From Clostridia bacterium (GTDB lineage: Bacteria; Bacillota; Clostridia; Peptostreptococcales; Anaerovoracaceae): a DNA stretch of 64,000 bases. Below, in pieces: positions 8,055 through 17,790 of the stretch. Made by a program: the position numbers and the translations under genes. Position 1 is the first letter of the stretch. Each line of letters begins with the position of its first letter. The notes beneath the pieces were generated by a model. It did not search any database, was not told where the DNA came from, and worked only from the letters and a program-made list of their open reading frames with translations. The stretch spans positions 2,244 through 66,243 of the forward strand of contig JAILDA010000022.1 of assembly GCA_024689865.1 (NCBI GenBank), read 5' to 3'.

Positions 8055-10676
8055 ATGAGTACTAAAACAAGGATAGCGGCCCTGTTGATGGCTATCTGCC
8101 TTATCTTCGGGCTTGCGGCGTGCGGCCAGCCGGGCAATGCCGGCAACGCAAACAACGCTGCGCAGGAGGCTTCGTATCCGGAGCGCGACATGGATCTTCC
8201 TACAGCAGTTCCGGACATGGGCGAGGATTCCGTGCAGATACACTACCAGCGCCAGGACAACACTTATTCAAAGTGGGCGCTGTGGCTCTGGGATCCGGAC
8301 GGAGACGATGACGGACTGGAGGATGATTTCAACTATCAGGACGACTACGGCGTGATCGCTGCGTATCCACTGTCCAAGTTCGGCGCGCTTTCCGGCGGCC
8401 GTCTGGGAATAATAGTAAAGTCCAAGGGTTCCTGGAACGCCAAGGACGGTACGGATTCGGACAGATACATAGTGTTCTCGGAGCTTAGTAAGGATGAGAA
8501 AGGCGTTTACCACATCTATCTGGCCGGAGACGACGAAAACATGTACAAAACATCGGAAAAGATAATCAGCGAATCCATAGATTCCGCTGCGTTCAGGGAT
8601 GAGAACAACATTGCCGTAAGCCTCAGCAAGGCCGCGGAGCATTACAAAGTGTTCGAAGACGGCGCGCTGCTTACCGAAGGATCCGGCGCAGGCCGCAGCA
8701 GGTTCAGCATAGCGCTTCCGCAGCCGGCGTCGTTCACCAAAACTTACACCGTAGAGATAGAATTCCGCGGATCCGGAATCAAGCTCAGCGCTCCGGTAGG
8801 CATCCGCGGGCTCTACAGCAGCGACTCGTTCAACGAAATGTACTATTACGACGGAGAACTGGGCGCCATCTATTCGCCCAAGGCTACGACCTTCCGCGTT
8901 TGGTCACCCATTTCTTCCAAAATAGAACTTAAGATCTACGAAAACGGCACTGCCAAGGCCGGCGAGACCGCTCAGACCTTTGAGATGACAAAGAAGGACA
9001 AGGGCGTGTTCGAGTACGTTGCGGACGGCGACCAGGGCGGCAGGTATTACACCTACGTTGTATATAACTCCGCCTATCCGGACGGCAGGGAGATCGTGGA
9101 CCCGTACGCAAAGAGCGCAGGCGAGAGCGGCGTCCGCGGCATGGTGGTGGACTTCTCCAAGACGGATCCGGAAGGCTGGGGCAGTGTTAAATACCTGGAT
9201 ACAGACCGTAAGGCACTTACCGTATGGGAGATGCACATTGCGGACATTACGTCCTCCGATACCTGGACCGGCAGTGAAGCCAACCGCAGAAAATACCTCG
9301 GCGTAGTCGAGAGCGGCACCACATATACTGAGAACGGCGTTACCGTAAAGACAGGTTTCGACCACATCGTTGAGCTGGGTGTTAACGCAGTGCAGCTGCA
9401 GCCCATATTCGACCACGCAAACAACGAGAGCAAATACGAATTCAACTGGGGCTACAACCCCTTGAATTACAACGTTCCGGAGGGCATGTACTCATCCGAT
9501 CCTTCCGACGGATACGCAAGGATAAGAGAACTTAAGCAGCTTGTAGCGGAGTTCAACAAGAAGGGCATAACCGTTATAATGGACGTTGTGTACAATCATG
9601 TGAACGGCGCCGCGGGCTCCAACTTCGACGTTCTGATGCCCGGATACTACTTCCGCTACAACACGGACGGCTCGCTCTCCAACGGTTCCGGCTGCGGCAA
9701 CGAGACCGCCAGCGAGAACCTTATGATGCGCAAGTTCATCATCGACAGCATCTGCTTCTGGACCAAGGAGTACAAGCTGGGCGGCTTCCGCTTCGACCTT
9801 ATGGGCCTGCACGACATCCAGACCATGGATCAGGTGGCTGCAGCGGCTAAGAAGATAAACAAGAACATAGTGATATACGGCGAGCCCTGGACAGGCGGCG
9901 GCACACCGCTGGCGGCGGACGCTCAGGCTGTCCAGAAGAACGCCAACAACTTTAACGGCTACGGCCAGTTCAACGACCAGATGCGCGACGGCCTTATAAA
10001 AGGCGGCCTAAACTCCAAGGACAGCAAGGGCTGGGTCACCGGCACATCCGCTGTTAACGCGGACGTAGACGCCATAATCGGCGGTATCAACGGCAGGACC
10101 GTAAACAGCGCCTATACCATAGACGACGCGGACAAGACCGTAAATTACGCTACCTGCCACGACAACTACACCCTTTGGGACCGCTGCGTGGCTGCAGGCA
10201 TAACGGACGAGGATACCATCCGCAAGATGTGCGTTCTGGCAAACGCGATGGTGCTTACTTCCAAGGGAACGTCGTTCATCCTCTCCGGCGAAGAATTCCT
10301 GCGCACCAAGGGCGGCGACAGCAATTCGTACCAGTCCCCGGACAGCGTAAATGCACTGGATTACTCGCTTAAGATAAAGAACGACGACGTGTTCAAGAAC
10401 TACCAGGATCTGATAGCCTTTAAGCAGAATACTGCCGAACTGCATACCGCGGCCGGCGGAATAGACGTGGAGGTGCTGGACGGCGGCGCGGTTCTTAAGT
10501 ACAGCTTCAAGTCCGGAAACAAGAGCTACATAGTGATCCACGCCAACGGCGCAGCCACCGGCGCAACGATAGACGTTAAGGGCTATTCCGCCATTCTGTT
10601 TACGCTTGGTCAGCACAACTTCTCCTCTGACGGGGTGCAGCCGCTTAAGTATCAGACGATAATACTGCAGAGGTAA
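8055..10676 (+). CDS. pulA: Type I pullulanase (GH13), lipoprotein
   Basis: Lipobox LAAC. GH13 conserved regions [22 protein letters not shown] and ATCHDN, plus the pullulanase-type YNWGYNP. Confidence 0.92.
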   Translation: MSTKTRIAALLMAICLIFGLAACGQPGNAGNANNAAQEASYPERDMDLPTAVPDMGEDSVQIHYQRQDNTYSKWALWLWDPDGDDDGLEDDFNYQDDYGVIAAYPLSKFGALSGGRLGIIVKSKGSWNAKDGTDSDRYIVFSELSKDEKGVYHIYLAGDDENMYKTSEKIISESIDSAAFRDENNIAVSLSKAAEHYKVFEDGALLTEGSGAGRSRFSIALPQPASFTKTYTVEIEFRGSGIKLSAPVGIRGLYSSDSFNEMYYYDGELGAIYSPKATTFRVWSPISSKIELKIYENGTAKAGETAQTFEMTKKDKGVFEYVADGDQGGRYYTYVVYNSAYPDGREIVDPYAKSAGESGVRGMVVDFSKTDPEGWGSVKYLDTDRKALTVWEMHIADITSSDTWTGSEANRRKYLGVVESGTTYTENGVTVKTGFDHIVELGVNAVQLQPIFDHANNESKYEFNWGYNPLNYNVPEGMYSSDPSDGYARIRELKQLVAEFNKKGITVIMDVVYNHVNGAAGSNFDVLMPGYYFRYNTDGSLSNGSGCGNETASENLMMRKFIIDSICFWTKEYKLGGFRFDLMGLHDIQTMDQVAAAAKKINKNIVIYGEPWTGGGTPLAADAQAVQKNANNFNGYGQFNDQMRDGLIKGGLNSKDSKGWVTGTSAVNADVDAIIGGINGRTVNSAYTIDDADKTVNYATCHDNYTLWDRCVAAGITDEDTIRKMCVLANAMVLTSKGTSFILSGEEFLRTKGGDSNSYQSPDSVNALDYSLKIKNDDVFKNYQDLIAFKQNTAELHTAAGGIDVEVLDGGAVLKYSFKSGNKSYIVIHANGAATGATIDVKGYSAILFTLGQHNFSSDGVQPLKYQTIILQR

Positions 10677-10678
10677 AA

Positions 10679-10861
10679 ATGCTGGAAGTATTGCTTTTTC
10701 AATACAACGACATGTTCGGCGAGCCGTTCCCGCTTAAGCTTTTCGCGGGAAAGCCGGAGATAGACGTTATAAACATCCTCTACGACTGCGTCTCCAACAA
10801 CAAGCGCTACGTGGAAGGGATGAAGACGACCGTTCACATAGACGACGCTCCGCACAGGTAA
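10679..10861 (+). CDS. Small hypothetical protein (60 aa), tightly coupled to the pullulanase gene
   Basis: The ATG is 3 nt after the pulA stop, with a GAGGT SD inside the pulA 3' end. No recognisable family. Confidence 0.45.
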   Translation: MLEVLLFQYNDMFGEPFPLKLFAGKPEIDVINILYDCVSNNKRYVEGMKTTVHIDDAPHR

Positions 10862-10986
10862 ACGTTTCGTAGTCGGCAGGAACCGAAGCGCCGGACGTCA
10901 GCAGATGCCTAGGGCGCTGAGGCGCCGGACGGATTACGTCCGAAACGAACCATATTGGTAAGATCTGCGGATAGCGCAAGTTTGGG

Positions 10987-11015
10987 TTGCGCCGTCCGCT
11001 TTTCTGCATTATACT
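10987..11015 (+). promoter_or_regulatory. Sigma-A-like promoter (TTGCGC-17-TATACT)
   Basis: Hexamers at 10987-10992 and 11010-11015 with a 17-nt spacer, about 38 nt upstream of the YerC-like gene. Confidence 0.55.
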
Positions 11016-11052
11016 TTAATTAAATAAAGTAATACACAATGGAGGCAGAACC

Positions 11053-11370
11053 ATGGCAAAGAAGACCAGCCCCGAAAGGCTTCCCGAATTATATAAAGCA
11101 GTAATGTCGCTGGAGTCGGAGGAGGAGTGCCGGCAGTTCTTCGAGGACCTGTGCTCCGAATCCGAGCTTACTGCGATAGAGCAGCGCTATCAGGTGGCTA
11201 AACTTCTGCTGGAGGACAAAGTGTATCTGGACATCCTGCTGGAGACCAAGGCCAGCACGTCCACGATCAGCCGCGTAAAGCGCATGGTCACCGGCGAGAA
11301 CGGAACGGTAAAAAAGGTCCTGTGCCGCCTCAACCCGCAGCTGGCGCAGCCTGAGTCCGAAAAGGAATAG
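11053..11370 (+). CDS. YerC/YecD family TrpR-related protein
   Basis: EECRQFFEDLCSESELTAIEQRYQVAKLL...STSTISRVKR is the characteristic YerC/YecD (Trp repressor-like) sequence. SD GGAGG. Confidence 0.85.
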   Translation: MAKKTSPERLPELYKAVMSLESEEECRQFFEDLCSESELTAIEQRYQVAKLLLEDKVYLDILLETKASTSTISRVKRMVTGENGTVKKVLCRLNPQLAQPESEKE

Positions 11371-11407
11371 GATCTTCCGGATCGTACTGCAGGGCCTATC
11401 AGCAGGA

Positions 11408-11806
11408 ATGCGCGGAATTAAGGGAAAAAAACAGATACTATGCAAGCTGGCGGCGATGCTGTGCGCTGCGGCTTGCATTTTGTGTTTAACGGCATGTTCC
11501 GCGGAAAACGGAAGCAAAGTTCGCTGGGCCACGCTTCCGCACTTTAAAGCAGGCGAAGATGAATACTGGCAGTGCAATAAAAGGGGTTACGATCATTACC
11601 AAGAGCGTCCGGACGGCTACAGCGAAGAACATGTAATAGAGGAGACTGCGGATGAGCACAGCTGGCTGAAAGGCCTTAAGTACTATACGTCTACGGACTC
11701 CGACAGGCTGGTGTATGTGTATCAGCAGATCCGGCTCGACGGAAAGGATCAATGGGTCTACTTCCCGTACATGCTTGTTAAGGAGTTGGAAAAGCTTCTG
11801 GTTTGA
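11408..11806 (+). CDS. Hypothetical lipoprotein
   Basis: Basic N-terminus, hydrophobic core and lipobox LTAC. Followed by a strong terminator. Confidence 0.6.
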   Translation: MRGIKGKKQILCKLAAMLCAAACILCLTACSAENGSKVRWATLPHFKAGEDEYWQCNKRGYDHYQERPDGYSEEHVIEETADEHSWLKGLKYYTSTDSDRLVYVYQQIRLDGKDQWVYFPYMLVKELEKLLV

Positions 11807-11811
11807 TAAAG

Positions 11812-11856
11812 AAAAAAGCCCTTTGTTCGATAAGATGGACAAAGGGCTTTTATATT
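11812..11856. terminator. Bidirectional rho-independent terminator between convergent genes
   Basis: 12-bp stem AAAGCCCTTTGT/ACAAAGGGCTTT (11815-11826 / 11839-11850), with an A-tract upstream and a T-rich tail downstream. Confidence 0.8.
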
Positions 11857-11894
11857 GGAGGAGAAGATATTAAATGTGTCCGGAACTGTTCCGG

Positions 11895-13430
11895 TTACTT
11901 GCTTCCGAGCGCAGTCTTCTGGGCGACGCTGGTGGGTTTCTCGTAGCAGGCGAAGGCGTCGTCTACAAGCTTCTGGTCCGGCTTTCTGGTAAATGCGCTT
12001 ACGATCGGGACTATCACCAGACCGGCCAGCATCGCTATGGCGCCGCTGTTGATCGGCGACTGCATGATCGGCGGGAAGTTGGGACGGATAAGCATGTTCA
12101 GTATCATCAGCACGCTGCTGAAGATGAAGCACACCCAGCATGCAGCCTTGGTAACTTTCTTGCTGTAAAGGGCATACAGGAACGGGGCCAGGAACGCGCC
12201 GGCCAGAGCGCCACAGGACACGCCCATCAGCTGGGCTATGAACGTTACGGAGCTCTTGTACTGCACCAGCGCCAGCACGGCGGATATCGCAATGAACACC
12301 ACGATCAGGATCCGCATAAGCAGGACCTGCTTCTTTTCGCTCATGTCCTTAATGAAGTGCCCCTTCAGGAAGTCTATCGTAAGCGTGGAGCTGGACGCTA
12401 TTACCAGCGAGGACAGCGTGGACATGGACGCGGAGAGCACCAGGATAACAACCAGGGCGATCATGAACGGCGAAAGCCCGGAGAGCATGGTGGGGATCAC
12501 GGAGTCGAATCCGTTCTTCGCGATGTCTATCTGATCCGAGAACAGTCTGCCGAAGCCTCCAAGGAAGTAGCTGCCGCCCGCGATAACTACCGCGAAGAGC
12601 GTTGAAATTACAGTGCCTTTCTGGATCGCCTTTTCGTTCTTTATAGCGTAGAACTTCTGCACCATCTGCGGCAGGCCCCAGGTTCCAAGGGACGTAAGCA
12701 CTACTACAAAGAACAGGTTGAGCGGATCCGGGCCGAACATGGAAGCGAATATGCCGGGCGTTGCGGAAACGGTCTCGTCCGAGACTCTGGCCAGGCCGTC
12801 CAGCGCCGTCATAAGGCCGCCCTTGCTTACCAGAACGGCTGCAATTACAGCAACTATACCTATGAGCATTATTATTCCCTGCAGGAAGTCGTTGATGGCC
12901 GTGGCCATGTAGCCGCCCGCTATTACATATACCGCGGTCAGCACCGCCATAAGCAGTATGCAGACGGAGTAGTCGATGTTGAACGCCATTCCGAACAGTC
13001 TGGACAGGCCGTTGTAGAGCGAAGCGGTGTAGGGAATAAGGAATATGAAGATAATTACGGACGCGCCGATCTTGAGCGCCGGGGACTTAAAACGCTCGGC
13101 GAAGAACTGCGGCATGGTCTTGGCGTCCAGGTGCTGGGTCATTATGCGGGTGCGCCTGCCCAGGATGACCCACGTAAGCAGGGATCCGACTATGGCGTTG
13201 CCCAGGCCTATCCATGTAGACGCAATGCCGTATTTCCAGCCGAACTGGCCGGCGTAACCTACGAATACGACCGCGGAGAAATACGAAGTTCCGTATGCGA
13301 AAGCTGTAAGCCAGGGGCCCACGGCGCGTCCGCCGAGCACGAATCCGTCCACGTCCGTGGCGTTCTTGCGGCAGTAGAGACCTATTGCCACCATTACGCC
13401 GAAGTAGATTACCAGTAATGCGATCTTCAT
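11895..13430 (-). CDS. Sodium:solute symporter (SSS) family transporter
   Basis: 511 aa, polytopic. The N-terminal GFVLGGRAVGPWLTAFAYGTSYFSAVVFVGYAG is typical of the SSS (PanF/PutP-like) family. Confidence 0.85.
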   Translation of the reverse strand: MKIALLVIYFGVMVAIGLYCRKNATDVDGFVLGGRAVGPWLTAFAYGTSYFSAVVFVGYAGQFGWKYGIASTWIGLGNAIVGSLLTWVILGRRTRIMTQHLDAKTMPQFFAERFKSPALKIGASVIIFIFLIPYTASLYNGLSRLFGMAFNIDYSVCILLMAVLTAVYVIAGGYMATAINDFLQGIIMLIGIVAVIAAVLVSKGGLMTALDGLARVSDETVSATPGIFASMFGPDPLNLFFVVVLTSLGTWGLPQMVQKFYAIKNEKAIQKGTVISTLFAVVIAGGSYFLGGFGRLFSDQIDIAKNGFDSVIPTMLSGLSPFMIALVVILVLSASMSTLSSLVIASSSTLTIDFLKGHFIKDMSEKKQVLLMRILIVVFIAISAVLALVQYKSSVTFIAQLMGVSCGALAGAFLAPFLYALYSKKVTKAACWVCFIFSSVLMILNMLIRPNFPPIMQSPINSGAIAMLAGLVIVPIVSAFTRKPDQKLVDDAFACYEKPTSVAQKTALGSK

Positions 13431-13564
13431 GTTTACACCTCGTTTGACTGCTGTTCAGCAGGGAGCGCTGTCCGCGCAGGCCTTGGAACTTGAACGTTTG
13501 TCAGCATTCCGCGGCTTGCGCTTTATTTAATTGCACTTTGCTGAATTAAAGTTTAATTAAACGG

Positions 13565-13593
13565 AGTATACCACCGCAGCAAAACAAATGCAA
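13565..13593 (-). promoter_or_regulatory. Sigma-A promoter (TTGCAT-17-TATACT with TG at -15/-14)
   Basis: On the minus strand: TTGCAT at 13588-13593, a 17-nt spacer ending in TGG, and TATACT at 13565-13570. This gives a 5' UTR of about 125 nt for the symporter. Confidence 0.65.
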
Positions 13594-13666
13594 GCATTTT
13601 TTTCGACTTTTTTACACGGGAGTATTAATATAATTGAAAAGATCTCCACAAGATACTTCTTACGCA

Positions 13667-13702
13667 ATAAAAAAACAGCAACCGTTTTTCGGTTGCTGCT
13701 GT
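13667..13702 (-). terminator. Rho-independent terminator of the citrate synthase gene
   Basis: Stem CAGCAACCG/CGGTTGCTG, followed on the minus strand by TTTTTTTATT. Confidence 0.8.
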
Positions 13703-13797
13703 TTGCAAGGTAAGTCCTGCAGGCTCGAGGTTGTTTTTTCCTCGGTGGTCCTGAACGCTTGAGGGCATTTTCCCTCGGCAACTCTGCAGTCTCGGGA

Positions 13798-15150
13798 CTA
13801 TTTCCTTTCGCCGATGGGCACGTACGGACGCTCGTCCATAATGCTCTTGAACGCCGGGCGGATTATCTTCTGCATGTTAGCAAGCTCTTCCATGCGGTGG
13901 GCGCTCCAGCCGGCCATGCGTGCGATCGCGAATATAGGCGTAAACATCTCGTCCGGAATGCCCAGCATCCTGTATACGAAGCCGCTTAAGAAGTCCACGT
14001 TGGGGCATACGCCCTTGTAGATCCTGCGCTTCTCGCAGATGACTTCCGGCGCTATCCTTTCCACCGCCGCGTAGAGTTCGAACTCCTCGTCGCGTCCCTT
14101 TTCTCTGGCAAGGCTCTCTACGAAGGACTCGAACACCTTGGTCCTGGGGTCGGACAGCGAGTATACTGCGTGGCCCATTCCGTAGATAAGGCCCTCCTTG
14201 TCGAACGCGTCCTTGTTCAGTATGCGGCGCAGGTACGCAGCTATCTCCTCGTCGTCCTTTATGTCGCGGACATGCTTGCGGATGTCGTCCATCATCTTAA
14301 CGGCCTTAAGGTTTGCACCGCCGTGCTTGGGGCCCTTGAGCGATGCCAGAGCCGCAGCTATGGTGGAGTATGTGTCGGAGCCCGTGGACGTTACTACGTG
14401 GGTGGTAAAGGTGGAGTTATTACCTCCGCCGTGTTCCATGTGCAGCACCATCGCAAGATCCAGCACCCTGGCTTCCAGTTCGGTATACTGCTTGTCCGGG
14501 CGGAGCATCATCAGAAGGTTCTCCGACCACGAAAGATCCTTGTCCGGACGGTGGATTATAAGGCTGCCGCCCTTTATGTAGTGGTTGTATGCCTGATAGG
14601 CGTACACGGCCAGCATGGGCATAGTGGCTATAAGCATCAGCGACTGGCGCAGAACGTTCTCCATGGAGGTGTCCAGAGAGCTCTTGTCGTAGGACGCAAG
14701 AGTAAGGACGCTCCTGATTATGGAGTTCATTACGTCGTTGCTGGGCGCCTTCATTATTACGTCGCGCGTAAAGTTGCGGGGAAGCGTACGCGCAGCGGCC
14801 AGGACCTTGGAGAATTCGGTAAGCTCCTTTTTAGTGGGAAGCTCGCCGAACAGCAGAAGGTAAGCGCATTCCTCGGACAGACGGTGCTTTTTAAGGCTCT
14901 CGCCGGCCACCAGGTCCGACAGCGCATAGCCTCGGTAGAGCAGTATGCCTTCCGCCGGAACTTCCTCGCCGTTTATGATCTGTTTACCGTAGATGGTGGA
15001 GACGTTGGTGATGCCCGCCATTACGCCCTTGCCGCGCTCGTCGCGAAGGCCGCGGTACACGTTGTACTTTCTGTATAGTTCATCCGGGATCCTGCGTTCG
15101 CAGAGCGGATATTTGGTTGCTGCGTAAGAGCCTAGACTGATCGTTGCCAT
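13798..15150 (-). CDS. Citrate synthase family enzyme (citrate or 2-methylcitrate synthase)
   Basis: MEHGGGNNSTF and GMGHAVYSLSDPR catalytic His motifs. Start moved to the ATG at 15150 (MATISLG), which has an AAAGGAA SD; the longer track ORF begins in the AT-rich promoter region. Confidence 0.9.
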   Translation of the reverse strand: MATISLGSYAATKYPLCERRIPDELYRKYNVYRGLRDERGKGVMAGITNVSTIYGKQIINGEEVPAEGILLYRGYALSDLVAGESLKKHRLSEECAYLLLFGELPTKKELTEFSKVLAAARTLPRNFTRDVIMKAPSNDVMNSIIRSVLTLASYDKSSLDTSMENVLRQSLMLIATMPMLAVYAYQAYNHYIKGGSLIIHRPDKDLSWSENLLMMLRPDKQYTELEARVLDLAMVLHMEHGGGNNSTFTTHVVTSTGSDTYSTIAAALASLKGPKHGGANLKAVKMMDDIRKHVRDIKDDEEIAAYLRRILNKDAFDKEGLIYGMGHAVYSLSDPRTKVFESFVESLAREKGRDEEFELYAAVERIAPEVICEKRRIYKGVCPNVDFLSGFVYRMLGIPDEMFTPIFAIARMAGWSAHRMEELANMQKIIRPAFKSIMDERPYVPIGERK

Positions 15151-15441
15151 TGGTAGGTTCCTTTCCGGTGCTGCGCTTTGGTGCGGCTGCCGTGGGTGGA
15201 GCGTGCGGTCTTTATCGATTTGCATCGGTTAGACCGCATGATGATTTTTATTATATTAACACAAAAAATACAGCTTGGAAACAGTAGATTTATACAAAAT
15301 TATAAACTAAATGCATAAACCTTAAAATTTCAACGGGTTCCGGGAACAGGAAAATTCTTAACAACAGCGAAAACGGCGAAAAAGGGCCGTTTTTTGCGCG
15401 TTTTCTTGGGCACAAAAAACGTTAATTCCGTCAAAAGCAAC

Positions 15442-15465
15442 AAAAAATCGCCCTTTCAGGGCGAT
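15442..15465 (-). terminator. Rho-independent terminator of the histidine kinase gene
   Basis: 8-bp stem ATCGCCCT/AGGGCGAT with a 3-nt loop and TTTTTTG on the minus strand. Confidence 0.75.
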
Positions 15466-15508
15466 GAATATGTTCAGAAGACATAAAATGCGTGTTGTCG
15501 CGTGGATC

Positions 15509-16819
15509 TTAGTTCTTTGGTTTCGGTATCATCAGGGATATAGAGTAGCTGCTGTCATTCTGCTCTATGTTCATAACTCCGTTGTAGCGCTCTACTACTG
15601 ATCTTACGCTTCTCAGTCCGAACCCGTGCATTGCCTTGTCTGCCTTGCTGGTGGCCGGAAGCCCGTCGAGCAGATGCGACTTGCGTGCGCTGGAATTTTC
15701 TACCTCTATGTTCACATAGTTTGCGGCCGGGCCGCCGCTCAGTTTAATGTAGCGCTGCGAACCTTCCGGGAGCGCGTCGCAAGCCTCCACCGCGTTGTCC
15801 AGAATATTGCCCATTATGACGCACAGATCGAAGTTGTCTATGAACGAGCCCTCCGTAAAGTCCAGATCGCATTCCACATCTATTCCGCGCTCTTTTGCAG
15901 GCGAAAGCTTTTGCCTAAGCAGTCCGTTCAGAAGCTGGCTGCCCGTTTCAAAGCCGTCCACTGGGTTTTTCGCGGCGTTTCTGAAGTTTTCCAGGTATTC
16001 CATTGCCTTGTCCGTTTCGCCGTGTTCCAGAAGAAGCTGAAGGCTTATGGCATGGTTCTTAAGATCGTGGCGAAGAGTCCTTACCGCATCCTCGGACATC
16101 TGCCTGTCCTGTATGCTCTGCATAAGGGCTTTGGTGGTGTTATTCTGTATCTGAAGCGATGCCCGCTCAACGTCGCGGCGTCTGGAGTACTCGAATATTA
16201 CAAGAGCAAGAAGCATGGCCACATGCAGCAGAATGAAGTACACGGTAAAATGCGGCGAACCCTCCGAGAAAGACTGCCTCATCCTGGCGCCGGTGTCTTT
16301 TGTGTATACGGACAGCGCGCACATGCCGGCAGCGAATATGATGTGGGACAGCTGAGCTCCCGCTATTCCTTCGAACGGCAGCAGCCTTGAGAGTATGCCG
16401 AAATAAACAAAACGTATCGCCAGGTTAATGATGGAAAGCACGATCTGGCTTACTAGTCTGGAACCTATTATGCTTGTCCGGCCGGAGAAGAAATCATAGA
16501 ACAGGGGGCCGAAGAATACGTTCTGAAGCATCGTATATACCCCGGTCCAGAATACCGCGGCATAGACGGCAGGCCTTGCAGGAACACCTTCCGCGGCAAA
16601 GATCCATATGAAATAGATTACTGCCCTAAGGCATATTCTGATGGCTGCGTTTGGAATAGTGATGAATGAATCGTTAAGATAAAGCACCACTAGCAGAACG
16701 GACAGAATGGGTTTGAGCCATTTGTTCTGACGCTGGGGCGTATAGGCGCTTCTCTTAAAGAAGAGCCATATGAACAGCAGGTCCGCTATGTAACTGGATA
16801 TCCAGATGAAGTTAGTCAT
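15509..16819 (-). CDS. AgrC/ComD-like (GHKL, HPK10-type) membrane sensor histidine kinase
   Basis: Six to seven N-terminal TM helices. H-box LRHDLKNH, N-box GNILDNAVEAC and G-box HGFGLRSV. Confidence 0.85.
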   Translation of the reverse strand: MTNFIWISSYIADLLFIWLFFKRSAYTPQRQNKWLKPILSVLLVVLYLNDSFITIPNAAIRICLRAVIYFIWIFAAEGVPARPAVYAAVFWTGVYTMLQNVFFGPLFYDFFSGRTSIIGSRLVSQIVLSIINLAIRFVYFGILSRLLPFEGIAGAQLSHIIFAAGMCALSVYTKDTGARMRQSFSEGSPHFTVYFILLHVAMLLALVIFEYSRRRDVERASLQIQNNTTKALMQSIQDRQMSEDAVRTLRHDLKNHAISLQLLLEHGETDKAMEYLENFRNAAKNPVDGFETGSQLLNGLLRQKLSPAKERGIDVECDLDFTEGSFIDNFDLCVIMGNILDNAVEACDALPEGSQRYIKLSGGPAANYVNIEVENSSARKSHLLDGLPATSKADKAMHGFGLRSVRSVVERYNGVMNIEQNDSSYSISLMIPKPKN

Positions 16820-17535
16820 CAGCGTTTTACTTTTATATATTTAGCGTAAGCTGAAAGGAATTCCTTTACTCTGTGTTTGCTTATCGGGACCACGCAGCCT
16901 CCGGCAAGAGTAATGTCAGGAGGCGCTATGTTCTCTACGTGTTTCATGTTGATAAGGTAGCTTCTGTGACTGCGGAAGAATCCTTTGCCGTTCAGCTGCT
17001 CCTCGACTGCGGCCAGCTGTATTAAAGAAACGACCTTGTTTCCGTTCTTAAGCGTAAAGGACGTTTCTCTGCGGAATACTTCTGCGTAAAGAATGTCGTT
17101 TATCTTTAGGATCTTTGTTCCGGAAGAGGTCTCTACCGGCAGAACGGCAGGAGCGGACGCCGACATCTTTGCGCTGCATTCGGTCAGCGCAGCGCTCAGC
17201 TCCTCGTATACCAGCGGTTTTGTAAGGAAAGCAAAAGCGTGGACTTTATAGCCTTCCAGAGCGTAGTTTTCCATGCTGGTTATGAATATGAACTCTCCGG
17301 GAAAGCCTTCGTCGCGGAGCGCCTTGGCGCAGTCCATTCCGGTCATGCCGCCCATGGAGATATCCAGAAGCACAAGATCCGTGCTCCTGTCCATGCTTTT
17401 AAGCAAGCTTTCCGCAGAGGAAAAATAAAAGATCTCTAGTTTTCTGCCTGACTCTGTCTGCCAGCGGTCCAGATAAGAGGATATCTGGCGGAGCATTATC
17501 TTTTCATCGTCGCATACTGCAAGACGTCTGAGCAT
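16819..17535 (-). CDS. LytR/AlgR (LytTR) family response regulator
   Basis: Receiver domain (VCDDE...LLDISMGGMTG) plus a C-terminal LytTR domain (FFRSHRSYLINMKHV). ATGA overlap with the kinase gene. Confidence 0.9.
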   Translation of the reverse strand: MLRRLAVCDDEKIMLRQISSYLDRWQTESGRKLEIFYFSSAESLLKSMDRSTDLVLLDISMGGMTGMDCAKALRDEGFPGEFIFITSMENYALEGYKVHAFAFLTKPLVYEELSAALTECSAKMSASAPAVLPVETSSGTKILKINDILYAEVFRRETSFTLKNGNKVVSLIQLAAVEEQLNGKGFFRSHRSYLINMKHVENIAPPDITLAGGCVVPISKHRVKEFLSAYAKYIKVKR

Positions 17536-17790
17536 GGTAGGTACCCCATTGACAACCGGCTTTTGATGCCGGACAGTGCAGGTTTTTTACATTTGTATTA
17601 TATCATAACTGCCCATCCGCGTCTTACCTGCATCGTCCGTTCGTGACGGGTTTTTGCCCACTCATGCAGCCGGTCTTCCCAGTGGTGGCGCACGGAAGAC
17701 CATCGGAAGCATAGCCGTAGACACGCTTTTTCCTTTCTGATAGTGTTGTGCCGTAATCGAGATCATCCCGTTGTATTAAAGGAGATAGAA

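Noticed and set aside
15375-15405. A second symmetric hairpin (AAAACGGC/GCCGTTTT) between the kinase terminator and the citrate synthase promoter, considered as a riboswitch or attenuator.
   Set aside because: It lies upstream of the AT-rich promoter region of citrate synthase rather than in its leader. It is most simply a back-up terminator for the kinase operon. No conserved riboswitch core was recognised.
15509-17790. A complete agr-type quorum-sensing locus.
   Set aside because: The kinase and LytTR regulator are present, but I could find no AgrB-like membrane protease. Only 13-15-codon ORFs without an SD occur in the flanking intergenic regions. It cannot be called agr.
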